Source: Octopus sinensis
Lineage: Eukaryota
NCBI RefSeq assembly: GCF_006345805.1
Contig: NC_043007.1
Location: 25,606,001-25,670,000 of the forward strand
Reading direction: 5' to 3'
Length of the DNA: 64,000 bases
A program made the position numbers and the translations under genes. The notes beneath the pieces are model-generated. The model saw only the letters and a list, made by a program, of their open reading frames with translations. It was not told where the DNA came from and made no database searches. Shown one piece after another: positions 1-12,162 of this stretch; position 1 is the stretch's first letter, and each line of letters begins with the position of its first letter.

Positions 1-78
1 GTGCGTGTGTTTTTGAAATCTGCCAGGGTACTCATGTAGATGGACTCTTAATCCAACTAACTGATACTAGGGTATCCA

Positions 79-460
79 GTGGAGGCGCAATGGCCCAGTG
101 GTTAGGGCAGCGGACTCGCGGTTATAGGATCACGGTTTCGATTCCCAGACTGGGCGTTGTGTGTGTTTATTGAGCGGAAACACCTAAAGCTCCACGAGGC
201 TCCGGCAGGGATGGTGGTGATCCCTGCTGTACTCTTTCACCACAACTTTCTCTCACTCTTACTTCCTGTTTCTGTTGTACCTGTATTTCAAAGGGCCGGC
301 CTTGTCACTCTCTGTGTCACGCTGAATATCCCCGAGAACTACTTTAAGGGTACACGTGTCTGTGGAATGCTCAGCCACTTACACGTTAATTTCACGAGCA
401 GGCTGTTCCGTTGATCGGATCAACCGGAACTCTCATCGTCGTAACCGACGGAGTGCTTCC
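79..460 (+). mobile_element. tRNA-Arg-like SINE (OR-type), tail A, full length
   Basis: A-box TGGCCCAGTGG (91-101), B-box-like GGTTTCGATTCC (134-145), and a 13-bp TSD ACTAGGGTATCCA on both sides. Confidence 0.85.
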
Positions 461-916
461 ACTAGGGTATCCATATAGGACAACCCCTCTGAGCCCTAAA
501 TGTGATAAAATGCACTCTGTACTCTCTTTTGAATAGTTGGTGTTAGGAAGAACACCCAGCCATAGAAAACATGACAATATCTTTATCTTTTATAAGGTAT
601 CAAGTTGGCAGAATCATTAACACACCAGGCAAAATGCTTAACAACATTTTGTCTGACTTTACATTCTGAGTTCAAATTCCACCAAGGTCGACTTTGCTTT
701 TCATACCTTTGGGGTCAATAAAATAAGTGCCAGTTATATGGCTGGGATTGATGTGATTGATTTACTCCTTCTCTCAAAATTGCTGGCATTGAGCCAAGAA
801 TTGAAACCAAAATCTTTATCTTCTGTCTTATACTTGTTTCAGTCATTAGACTGTTGCCATGCTGGGGCAGCACCTTGAAGACTATTTAGTTGAGCGAATT
901 GACCCCCAGTACCTAT

Positions 917-1770
917 TAACAGAACAAGTCTTAGTAAGTAGGAAGGCTGTCAAACTACAATCCCCTTCAGGTAGATAGCCCTGCTCGATCTGTAGAAAAG
1001 GCGTGGGTAGAAACTCAATACGATGTACCCGGTGTAAGCTATGGACACATAAAGGTACAGCAATATCAAAAGAAGGTTAACCGGGAAAATAGTTTTTGTG
1101 TGTGGCAGATACACAGGGGCAATAAACACTGAAGATGTACAGAAAACAGATTCCATCACTTGAGAGGAGGAAAAACTAGAAGTAGTTGATAGCTTCTGCT
1201 ACCTAGGCGACCAAGTCTGTAGTGGGGGTGGTTGCTCTGAGAGTGTAGCGGCTAGAATAAGAATAGCCTGGGCAAAGTTCAGGGAGTTCCTAACTCTGCT
1301 GGTAACTACGGGCCTCTTGCTCATGATGAAAGGTAGACTGTATGATGCTTGTGTGCGAACTGCCATGCTACACAGCAGTGAAACAAGGACCATGACTACT
1401 GAGGACATGCGTAGGCTTGAAAGAAAGGAAGCTAGTATGATCCGCTGGATGTGTAATGTCAGTGTGCATACACGACAGAGTGTAAGTGCCCTGAGAGAAA
1501 AGTTAGGCATAAGAAGCATCAAATGTGGTGTGCAAGAGAGATGACTGTGTCGGTATGGTCATGTGTTATGTATGAATGAGAACAGCTGCGTGAAGAAGTG
1601 CCATTCCCTAACTGTGGAAGGAACCTGTGGAAGTGGTAGACCTAGGAAGACATGGGATGAGGTGGTGAAGCATGACCTTCAAACATTGGGCCTCACAGAG
1701 GCAATGACAGGAGACTGAGATCTTTGGAGTATTGCTGTGATTGAGAAGACCTGGCAACTAAAGTGAGACA
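917..1770 (+). mobile_element. RTE-clade LINE, 5'-truncated and degenerate
   Basis: Decayed ORF: CSICRKGVGRNSIRCTRCKLWTH (Cys-rich insert), EVVDSFCYLGDQ, ARIRIAWAKFRE, GRPRKTWDEVVKHDL; stops and frameshifts present. Confidence 0.85.
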
Positions 1771-2110
1771 TTTATAGATTGTAAATTTATTCTGTCCAGT
1801 TACATATCAGTATAGTGGTCGTTTGCAAACTCCAGAGGGGACACTTTTATTTCCCCTTAGCCCTCACATCACACAGTTGTTAATGTTTATTTGAGTTGGG
1901 TCACACCCTTCCAATTGCTATAGATCCGTAATGCATCTTATGGCTGTGCCTGTCACCTGTGTAGTGAGGAACCCTACATTGGGGAGTGGTAACGACTAGG
2001 GTAGGATAGCTGACTGCTTATTGTGATCATTCCTCTTTTGGTTTCTTGTAGCTTTGCTCTCTTTTACAAACCCAGTGAACATATATTTCCTATTTCAAAG
2101 AAATTAGAAC

Positions 2111-2484
2111 AATATATATAAGACCCAAGTTAAAAAGATTCTCAACTCTTCAACTTCTCTGGTTGACATTAAGACACCCATCCCCAATAGGGGCCTTAAC
2201 TCCCACATTTTAGAGTTCCATGATCTCCATTTTTCAGAAGCAAAATCCTTTTAACAGATTCCGTAAGACTGGAATTTTAGAATCGGTGCATAAAGATCAG
2301 TAGTATGGGATACATGTGTCATAATCAGAATTTTTTTAGGGTGCGTAAAGAGGGAAAGAACCCTTATCTGCAATTTTGATGAAATTGGAATCAAAGGTAT
2401 TCCAGTTCATTAGAGAAAATATAACAGAAAAGTCTAATTCTTCAATTGCATGTAACACGGGCAACGCTGGGTGTCTCTGCTCGT
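2111..2484 (+). mobile_element. Helitron-like non-autonomous element (degenerate)
   Basis: Ends CACGGGCAACGCTGGGTGTCTCTGCTCG, resembling the hairpin + CTAG end of the other Helitron-like copies. Confidence 0.4.
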
Positions 2485-2789
2485 ACATAATAAAATAGAA
2501 ATAACGTGAATAAATAAACCTTACATTTCACAGAGCAATCTGAATGCTAAAAGGTTAAGAGTTTGCCATTACCCTGAGCAACTAATTCTCTTAGCCAATG
2601 CTAATTCATTATACATGCATTGGATCAGGGCACTATTTCTGCCCCTGCCCACTACTGTGTGTTTACTATGATACATCTACATAATCATGTTATATTGTTT
2701 TGGGCCCATGATAGTTTGTGACTTTTGTACCAACATGGACTTAAGATACATATTGAAGCAGCAATTTATTATATTATTATTATTATTAT

Positions 2790-3340
2790 TGAGAGAGCAG
2801 TGCATGCCATCATAGTGACACTGGGGTAAAATATACGAAACCCAGTATACCCATCATGACTACCCGTCTGATAAGGGTACACCAGGCACATGCATCACAA
2901 CCATATATGCGCGACATGGTGATCTCATATCAAGATAAACAGCGCGTGACCTTGTAGGTGGGGCCCAGTTAGAATTTTCTCTGGTCGAGTAGCCCATCCC
3001 ACTCAAAAGGTCCCTGAATAAGGGTTGTTTAAGGATGTTGAACGAACCACCCATGTTTCCAAAGGTGAATTATCCAAACCTCTAAGAATTCCATTCAACA
3101 CACGGCTATGATGCTCCCCCACTACTTCTGCTCATGATCAGAGATGCATATATCGTCAGCCACTAAGGTACATGGTCAACTGGTTAAGGTCAAACAACTG
3201 ACAAGCAAATCTGTGGTATTGAGCAGAATATTTGCTGTAGCCCATCTTTTATACCAAGACAAAACAATGTACATGATAACACTTCCAATCAGTTAAGATC
3301 AGAAGCCACGTGGGCCACTGCCTGGTACTGCATCAGGGCA
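2790..3340 (+). mobile_element. 550-bp microsatellite-flanked interspersed element, copy A
   Basis: Homologous to 14221-14777, 47365-47920, 48415-48954 and 63187-63652. Both ends abut (TTA)n. Confidence 0.85.
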
Positions 3341-3781
3341 TTATTATTATTATTATTATTATTATTTTTTAGCTTATCCATGTGTAAGTTTGGAGTAGTA
3401 ATTCCACTGCCACGAGTAACCATTCATTTATATCACATGGTTTTGAGATTCCCTGCTGGCCAAAACCAGCTTCGTTTACTCAGATTATTAAATCAGTCAG
3501 TGTCCAGAACAAATTGTCTGCTCGTCCAGATTCAACAATAAGTGTGTGTGTGTGTGGGCAGGAATTGCATAATGCGCCATACAGCATGGGAATTTATTAA
3601 TTCTATATAAGGACATACGAGAGATTTGTTTGTGAAAACGATTTTTGTGGTTGTGACATCTCAGAAAGAACTTGTAAATCTGTCTAGAGAACAAAAAAAT
3701 ACCATGATTTCAAACATAGTTGGTAGAAGGATGGGGATGTGGAGGATATCTCTCTTTCTCCTTCTCTCTCTCTCTCTCTCC

Positions 3782-3819
<38 letters not shown>

Positions 3820-3914
3820 GACTTTAATGCTATCAGAAACACATATATTATCTGACCCAGACTATTTATATATTCATGTTGTAGATAAGACCAAATGTTA
3901 TAGACCAAGGCTAC

Positions 3915-3952
<38 letters not shown>

Positions 3953-4750
3953 ACATGTGTGTGTATTTGTTCCCCTCCACTGCTTGACAACTGTTGATGT
4001 CTTGTTTGTGGCCCTATAACTTTCAGAAAAAGAGACCCCATTGAATAAGTACCGGGCTTGAAAAGTAAGTATTGGGGGTTGATTTGTTTGACCTAAACTT
4101 ACAAAGCAGTGTCCCAGCAAGGCCACAGTCCAAAGATTGGAACAAGCAAACGATACAAGTACACAAACCCACACACATAAATACACATGCACACACACAC
4201 ACACACACACACACAAACCCAAACACACATGCACACACAGACACATGCACACGTAAACACATACACACATAAACACATGCTCGCACACATAAGTACACGC
4301 GCATGCACACACATGTGCACACACACACACACACACAGAATTAAATAATGTTTAGAATCCTGTTCAAATGCATTGCTCTTGTGTGTGGGTGATGAATTCA
4401 TACAGTTGTTGCTGTATGGTCCCTGCTCAACCCCCAACTGAGCGAACCTGGGGTTAAAGACACTTGATCATTTTGCTTTTTTTGCCTAACTAGGATTCCA
4501 CTGCACAATGTATCCTTCCTTTCTTTTATGATGGTAGGTATGATTCGAAGTGGATTTAGCTGCTGTTTCTATATTAACGAGTGACCACATAGAAGCCCCT
4601 TGTTGGCTTGCAGCTTGCATTGCTGTTGATGTTGTTCAGCCTAAAAGATCAACATTGATTTGAGAAGACCTCTGACTAGATGCATTCTAGCTGAGAGAAT
4701 CCCGTCTCGTCTTCATATTTAGTGTATCTAGGAGTACATTTTTTTTTTTT

Positions 4751-5140
4751 ACTTGTTTTAGTCATTTGACTGCGGCCATGCTGGAGCACCGCCTTTAGTC
4801 GAGCAAGTCGACCCCGGGACTTATTCTTTGTAAGCCCAGTACTTATTCTATCGGTCTCTTTTGCCGAACCGCTAAGTAACGGGGACGTAAACACACCAGC
4901 ATCGGTTGTCAAGCGATGTTGGTGGGGGACAAACACAGACACACAAACATATACACACACATACATACATATATATACGACAGGCTTCCTTCAGTTTCCG
5001 TCTACCAAATCCACTCACAAGGCATTGGTCGGCCCGAGGCTATAGCAAAAGACACTTGCCCAAGATGCCACGCAGTGGGACTGAACCTGGAACCATGTGG
5101 TTGGTAAGCAAGCTACTTACCACACAGCCACTCCTGCGCC
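4751..5140 (-). mobile_element. SINE family A (tRNA-like head, internal (TA)/(TG) tract, tail ...GGCGGTGCTCCAGCATGGCC...(AAAGAGT)n)
   Basis: About 13 copies: also 6445-6988 +, 7906-8553 +, 8887-9327 -, 13086-13491 -, 25934-26210 +, 31655-32120 -, 36246-36648 +, 50401-50670 +, 50707-51095 +, 53562-53946 +, 57621-58012 +, 59879-60243 -. Confidence 0.85.
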
Positions 5141-5397
5141 ATTACTTAATGTGTCCTTTTATGTGTAGGTTGGAATCGAGTTGTTACCATAGTGCGTCTT
5201 CTCGTTTCTATTAAGTTGGAGTCTGGCTCGATGCCAAGCCGAAATGTATCTTTGTTCTGTCTTTTGTATCAGTGTCTTCTTCATCATTATTGATCTGATG
5301 AGCTTTCTCTTCCAGTACTCTCTGTCAGGACCTTTAAATGTGTTACTCGCTTCCCTTCCCAGGCTCATTGTTTTCTCTGTTGAGCTTCCTGTTAGAT

Positions 5398-6101
5398 CAG
5401 GGGTTCTCAACCATTTTTTTATCTACAGACCCCTTTCATTGCTGTTTTATTCTGGTGGACCCCCATTGCTATTCAATGTTTAAAAACTATCCTCTGTGTG
5501 AAAAGTCTGGCTGCATCTGAAAGTATGAAACAAAAATAAACACAAAATTTATTACACGAATCTGTTACCACCACGACAGTCAACTATTTGACGAAGAAAA
5601 CACGAGTTTGATGTTGAATACATCCACAAATTTTCCGCTCAGATAGCTCTTCCCAAGACTGCAAAATGGCTTCGTGCAATTCATGCTTCGTTGTAGGGTT
5701 TTTCAGTTCAACTTTATCGGCCAAAACTTTGAAAATGCCCTCATCTAATGGATTCCACATGTAAACATGTGTTGAATAGAACTCACTGAATAAATCTTAA
5801 TTAACTGTGTTGTCAATTGTATGCACCTGACATATGCTAACGTGTATGCAGCCAGACTTTTCACACAGATAGTTTTATAAAATGCTATTTATTAATATTT
5901 TCACACATTAACTTGTGTAGGTTGAACTATACAAAATGCCAGAGAAAGAAACCTAGCTGCTTCTTGCAATACGTACCAATACATACATCTAAAACAAAAA
6001 TTTTTTCAGGGGCTCTTAAAATACTATTGTGGATCCCCAATTTACTATTTTATTGTGTGGACCCCCCAAAATCTTATATGGACCCCAGTTGAGAACCACT
6101 G
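5398..6101. mobile_element. hAT-type MITE carrying a nested Tc1/mariner derivative
   Basis: Termini CAGGGGTTCTCAAC / GTTGAGAACCACTG; 8-bp TSD TGTTAGAT / TGTTAGAG. Confidence 0.8.
5490..5869 (-). mobile_element. Tc1/mariner-superfamily internal-deletion derivative
   Basis: 22-bp TIR CTGTGTGAAAAGTCTGGCTGCA with TA on both flanks. The minus strand keeps a transposase-like C-terminus: WNPLDEGIFKVLADKVELKNPTTKHELHEAILQSWEEL...(frameshift)LRQIVDCRGG. Confidence 0.7.
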
Positions 6102-6248
6102 TGTTAGAGAGAAGTAATTTTATTCTGGTAGCTTCTTTCCTTGAACTGCTGCTCACTGGAAATTATGACCGTCCCTTTTTTTTTTTTACTCTTGTCTATG
6201 ATATTCAGTGCTTTAAGCTTTCTGTCAATTGATGTCTTTTGAATTTAA

Positions 6249-6432
6249 TACAGTTCTATATTTAAGAGATGAGGAATTTTGTACATTATTTACATTTGAC
6301 AGATATTTGTCCTCATCTTGTTTGTTGTTAATACAACATTTTGGCTGATATACCCTCCAGCCTTCATCAGGTATCTTGGGGAAATTTCGAACCTAGATTC
6401 TCATTCCTAAGGTATTTTTCGATGTTTTATTA
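6249..6432 (-). mobile_element. Penelope-like LTR remnant with a degenerate minimal hammerhead motif
   Basis: Minus strand ATAC-CTGATGA-AGGCTGG..TCAGCC-AAAA-TGTT-GTAT. The same terminal AATTCCTCATCTC..AAATATAGAACTGT recurs near 26210 and 40825. Confidence 0.6.
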
Positions 6433-7342
6433 TTTGGGGGAAATGAGTACGAGTGGCTGTGTGGCAAATAGCATGCTTACAAACCACATGGTTCTGGGTT
6501 CAGTCCCGCTGCGTGGCATCTTGGGCAAGTGTCTTCTACTATAGTCTCGGGCCAACCAAAGCCTTGTGAGTGGATTTGGTAGACAGAAACTGAAAGAAGC
6601 CCGTTGTATATATATATATATATATATATATTGGCCTGCTCGCTTAGCCAGCGGGGTGGCGTCGTTCGAAGGCTAAAACAATGCGAACGCATTGTGACCA
6701 GCGATGTGTAGCAACATCTGATGGTCTGGTCGGTCACGTGATCACGTGATATATATATATATATATGTATGTTTGTATGTGTGTGTGTATATGTTTGTCT
6801 CCCCAACATCGCTTGACAAACAATGCTGGTGTGTTTACATCCCCATAACTTAGCGGTTCGGCAAAAGAGACCGATAGAAAGAATAAGTACTAGGCTTACA
6901 AAGAATAAGTCTTGAGGTCGATTTGCTCGACTAAAGGTGGAGCTCCAGCATGGCCACAGTCAAATGACTGAAACAAGGAAAAGAGTAAATATTGTCATGA
7001 TATCAAACCAGGCCTGGCTTTGGATACAGCTTTGGATAGACAATGTTAGTTTTGTGGTTTTGCAGTAAAATGCCATTGTGTTAACACTACAAAAATAGCA
7101 ATCAGTGGGATGATCTGTTTGATCTCATGGGTATAGCAAGTTGTATTGATTATTCATTTCCTTTTTTTTTTTGTTGTTGTTTATGTTCAACCAATCACGC
7201 AGTTCATTTGAATAACAAGCAGAACAGTTTCAATGTGGTGCCCTCTATTTGTGTTGGTTATCTGTATGATAATCAAAATGTATCTTCTATATTTTTACAC
7301 AAACTGCTGTGAAAGTTTATTGCTCTTGTACTCGTAAAAGTA

Positions 7343-7746
7343 CAACGACAGCAAAAGCACTCGGAAAGTGCAGACCCCCGCCAAGCGGCTCATTGTAAGA
7401 TAGATACGCGAGTAGAATTACTAATAGAGAAACGAAAATAAACTTTGGAAACAGCAACGCCACCATAGGTTGTGGAAACAACGAACGTGTTTTCAAGGGA
7501 GATAATCAAAGAATGTAACATTGTAATGCTTCATGTAAAGTAAATATAACAAATGAAAAATCCTTCAAGAATCCATAAAAGTTCCCGGATCACTACCAAA
7601 ATTTCATCATCAGTTCCTTGTGTCATTACCAACTTTTCCTGCAAGTTTCTTCAAATACCGTTCACGACTTTTTGAGTTATTTTGCACACAGACAGATGGA
7701 CAAACCAACGCTGATGAAAACATAACCTCCTTCCTTGGCAAAGATA
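7343..7746 (+). mobile_element. Helentron/DINE-1-like non-autonomous element
   Basis: Subterminal inverted motifs ACCCCCGCCAAG / CTTGGCAAAGAT and a short (CAGA)n tract near the 3' end. Confidence 0.45.
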
Positions 7747-8027
7747 AAAAGGGTCTGAGAGATTTTTACATTAACAAGAGTATTGCCAGTTGACTAACTG
7801 CAGTACACGTGGCAACTATTTTGAAAAAAAGGAAGAAAAAAACTGGTTTCATTGTAAAAGATACACTTTTGTGTATTTTTAAAAAATGAAACCAGTTAAA
7901 AGTGCTGGCTGTGTGGCAAGAAGTTTGCTTCCCCGCCACATGGTTCTGGGTTCAGTCCCATTGCTTGGCATCTTGGGCGAGTGTCTTCCTCTGTAGTCTT
8001 GGACTAACCAAAATCTTGTGAGTGGGT

Positions 8028-8260
8028 TTAGTTAGTTAGTTAGTTAGTTAGTTAATTTGGCTCAAAAGCAAATAGCAAGGCCATGTAGGGGGACATGGAG
8101 TTAAGTACAGGGTGGTGTTCATGTAAAGAGGTCAGGCCACTTGAGGTCCAGGGAGGCTTTGAACAAAGCGGTCGTCGGCATCTTCACCATCTCGTCTGGC
8201 AGCTTGTTCCACGGATCCGCAACCCGGACGGAGAAAGCTCCTCTCCTTCGATTTAGATGG
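8028..8260 (-). mobile_element. CR1-group LINE 3' fragment nested in SINE A
   Basis: HLNRRRGAFSVRVADPWNKLPDEMVKMPTTALFKASLDLKWPDLFT*, then a short UTR and (CTAA)n tail. Confidence 0.85.
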
Positions 8261-8282
8261 TACATGGAAACTGAAAGAAGCT

Positions 8283-8319
<37 letters not shown>

Positions 8320-9110
8320 TGATATATATCTGTGTGTGTACCCCAGTTTGTAGTTGTCCCCCACCAACAATTGACAACGGGTGTTGGTGTGTTTACATCC
8401 CTTTAACTTAATGGTTCAGCAAATGAGTCTTATAGAATAAGTACCAGGCTTTAAAAATATAAGTACTGGGTTGATTCATTTGGCTGAAAATTCTTCACAG
8501 TGGTGCTCCAGCATGGGTGCAATCAGATGACTGAGACAAGTTAAGTATGAAAGCTAAAGACCCCCAAATCATCTTAAAAATTATTTGATGGCTAGTGTTA
8601 TTAGTTGCTGTTTAACCTCAGGTGAATAATGACGTTCATCCTTTGTCTTTTAAGACAGGGTGGACATGACTAGAAGATGCGAATATATATTTTCCTTTCT
8701 TTCTTTAAAATGGAAGGGTGTAATTTATGGAAGGTTTGGCTGCTGTTCATGGTAATTTGAACGAACAAAGTAGAAGGCTTCTTGTCGTTGAGGTTGAAAC
8801 AATGATACTGAGTGTCCAACTAAACAAGCCTGGCACTTATTGAGCCTGGTATAATGGATCCATCCATCCATCCATCCACATACACGTACTCTTTACTCTT
8901 TTACTTGTTTCAGTCATTTGACTGTGGCCATGCTGGAGCACCGCCTATTAGTCGAGCAAATCGACCCCAGGACTTATTCTTTGTAAGCCTAGTACTTATC
9001 CTATCAGTCTGTTTTGCCGAACTGTTAAGTTACGGGGACGTAAACACACCAGCATTGGTTGTCAAGTGAGGGAGGGGGCAAACACAGACACACAAACATA
9101 CGCATAGACA

Positions 9111-9160
<50 letters not shown>

Positions 9161-9417
9161 TATATATGACAGGCTTCTTTCAGTTTCCGTCTACCAGATC
9201 CAGTCACAAGGCTTTGGCTGGCTCAAGGCTATAGTAGAAGACACTTGCCCAAGGTGCCACACAGTGGGACTGAACCCGGAACCATGTGGTTGGTTAGCAA
9301 ACTACTTACCACACAGCCACTCCTACGTCTGGGAGTACGTTGCTTAATGTTAAGCAAATTAGAAAGGAGTGCTCAATGCAGGTTGCAGAGGATAATGTCT
9401 TGTGTGTGTGTGTGTGT

Positions 9418-9745
9418 GGTGAAGACCTCCTTCGGTCATGAATGACCATGGGATTGCACCTAGAAAGTGACCCTCCAAGGCACAAGTCCAGGCAAGGTTG
9501 TTTATGGAAGATCAGCTGTTGCCCATGCATACCAGCCTCTTCTCTCCACGTTACCGATGTTATCCAAGGGAAAGGCAAGGGGGCCGATACAGCTTGGCAC
9601 CAGTGACGTCGCAACTCATTTCTACAGCTGAGAGAAAGAGAACTGGTGCAACGTGAAATAAAGTACCTTGCTCAGGAAAAAAAAAACACAGACTGGTCAG
9701 GGTATCGAACTCACTACCTCACAGTTGTGAGCCCAACGCTGTATT
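9418..9745 (-). mobile_element. SINE family D (tRNA-like head, GTGTTCTTGAGCAAG core)
   Basis: Homologues at 20619-20950 +, 37300-37850 - (interrupted), 40430-40585 +, 52146-52340 + and 53244-53440 +. Confidence 0.7.
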
Positions 9746-9774
9746 CTCGTGGCAGCGAGAACAGCGACACTATT

Positions 9775-10370
9775 GAACTGGCAGAAACGTTAGCACACCG
9801 GGCGAAATGCGTAGCCGTATTTCGTCTGCCGTTACGTTCTGGGTTCAAATTCCGCCGAGGTCGACTTTGCCTTTCATCCTTTCGGGGGTCGATTAAATAA
9901 GTACCAGTTACGCACTGGGGTGGATGTAATCGACTTAATCCATTTGTCTGTCCTTGTTTGTCCTCTCTGTGTTTAGCCCCTTGTGGGTAGTAAAGAAATA
10001 GGTATTTCGTCTGCCTTTACGTTCTGGGTTCAAATTCCGCCGAGGTCGACTTTGCCTTTCATCCTTTCGGGGTCGATAAATTAAGTACCAGTTACGCACT
10101 GGGGGTCGATGTAATCGACTTAATCCGTTTGTCTGTCCTTGTTTGTCCCCTCTGTGTTTAGCCCCTTGTGGGTAGTAAAGAAATAGGTATTTCGTCTGCC
10201 TTTACGTTCTGGGTTCAAATTCCGCCGAGGTCGACTTTGCCTTTCATCCTTTCGGGGTCGATAAATTAAGTACCAGTTACGCACTGGGGGTCGATGTAAT
10301 CGACTTAATCCGTTTGTCTGTCCTTGTTTGTCCCCTCTGTGTTTAGCCCCTTGTGGGTAGTAAAGAAATA
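9775..10370 (+). mobile_element. SINE family C with three tandem 185-bp body-tail units
   Basis: One head, then units starting GTATTTCGTCTGCC at 9817, 10002 and 10187. Other family C copies lie near 600, 18630, 19735, 24290, 24800, 45000-46280, 52400, 57380, 60320 and 60920. Confidence 0.85.
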
Positions 10371-10496
10371 TATTGATAATGTGTGAGTGTAGGGATGTTT
10401 AAACCTGAACAGATCGGCCGAAGGAGTCATTGATCGATGTTCTTGCGTTTTAAGAATCTCTGGTTTGTTTTAGATGGTTAGACGTTTGTGACAGTA

Positions 10497-10866
10497 GTAG
10501 TAGGAGCACTCCGTCGGTTGCGACGATGAGGGTCCCAGCTGATACGATCAACGGAACAGCTTGCTCGTGATATTAACGTGCAAGTGGCTGAGCACTCCAC
10601 AGACACGTGCACCCTTAACGTAGTTCTCGAGGAGATTCAGCGTGACACAGAGTGTGACAAGGCTGGCCCTTTGAAATACAGGTACAAGAGAAACAGGAAG
10701 AAAGAGCGAGAGAAAGTTGTGGTGAAAGAGTACAGCAGGGTTCACCACCACCCCCTGCCGGAGCCTCGTGGTGCTTTAGGTGTTTTCGCTCAATAAATAC
10801 TCACAATGCCCGGTCTGGGAATCGAAACCGCGAGTCCGCTGCCCTAACCACTGGGCCATTGCACCT
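10497..10866 (-). mobile_element. tRNA-Arg-like SINE, tail A
   Basis: Homologous to 79-460; 14-bp TSD CGTTTGTGACAGTA. Confidence 0.85.
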
Positions 10867-10892
10867 CGTTTGTGACAGTAATTTATTAGGTA

Positions 10893-11286
10893 CTAGTAGT
10901 ATCACCCGGCGTTGCTTGGGTTTGTTTCCACCCTTTAGAATTGGAATTTTTGAAAAGTAAAAATGTTGCATTATGTAGCTTGTTATTCTCTTTAAGTGAA
11001 CATTTTTCTGGTTGAAATACACAGAAAAATGGTGACACAGCAGTCAAAATATCGTTAAAAAATAGAGATTTCCATAGAAAAAAAAGCACCTTTTTGATGT
11101 AAATAATTTTTGATGTTAACATGGTCCGATTTGAATATTTTCTTCTACGGAATGAAGAGCAAGCCTTCTTCTATCATAGTCTCAATTTTGGTCAACTTGC
11201 GCCGCAGGGTCTCGGAGGGGATAGTGTTAATTGAAGGCTACCAAACCTGTCACACACAGACAACTTCAGCTTTATATATAGAGAGA
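10893..11286 (-). mobile_element. Helitron-like non-autonomous element
   Basis: Minus strand reads 5'-TC...subterminal CCCAAGCAACGCCGGG hairpin...CTAG-3', inserted at A|T. Confidence 0.7.
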
Positions 11287-11645
11287 TATACTAGCATGCG
11301 ATTAAATCACTTCCAACACTACAATAATGAAATAATGAAGTGGTTCTCTCGTTGATTTATGTCAAATTATATAATATATGTTTATTAAACTTCGAAGTCA
11401 CTGTCAGCTTTTTTGCTTGTAAAAGTTATGTATCGTATTATAACATAAAATATTACATAATGTCCATTTTCCCATGCATAGATTGTACAACTAGGTAAAC
11501 CTAGCCAGCTTGTATTAATACATCGTTTCCCTCGCTATCCTTTGCCATATTTTTTACGGTTGGGTGCCTTATAAATATTTATGGGAAAACATTTTTCGAC
11601 GATACTTCGTCTGACAGGTGCCTTTCTTGCGAGAAATTTACACAA

Positions 11646-11962
11646 TCTCTCTCTATATAAAGCTGAAGTTGTCTGTGTATGGCAGGTTTGGTAGCCTTCA
11701 ACTAACACTATCCCCTCCGAGACCCTGCAGATCATGTTAAGACAAAAAAATTATATACATCAAAAAGATGCTTTTTTTCTATGAAAATCCTTATTTTTTA
11801 CGATTTTTTGACTGCTGTGTGGCTATTTTTCGGTGTATTTCAACCAGAAAAATGTTCACTTAAAGAGTATAACAAGCTACATAATGCAAGCTTTTTACTT
11901 TTCAAAAATTCCAATTCTAAAGGGTCGAAACAAACCCGAGCAACACCGGGCGATACTGCTAG
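11646..11962 (+). mobile_element. Helitron-like element, same family in opposite orientation, with an internal deletion
   Basis: 5'-TCTCTCTCTATATAAAGCTG...CCCGAGCAACACCGGGCGATACTGCTAG-3'. Confidence 0.7.
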
Positions 11963-12162
11963 TAATAATGATATAATATTTCGGAGCTTTACTTGTCAGG
12001 CGATTTGATCTGAGAAGCATAAAAGTCATATATATATGTATATATATTAACCGTTGAAAAACACAAAATGACTGTTAACTTCACTTCAACATTTATTATT
12101 TGGTGTCAAAATTCTCTTCGTATTAACTACAACCTCGTCACTGACACGATTCCGTTGCTTAA

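Noticed and set aside
79-155. tRNA-Arg gene
   Set aside because: No proper acceptor stem. It continues into a repeated SINE body and is flanked by a TSD; the same applies to the other tRNA-like heads.
5159-5410. GIY-YIG/Penelope-like peptide (DREYWKRKLIRSIMMKK)
   Set aside because: The resemblance is only superficial and the catalytic motifs are not visible.
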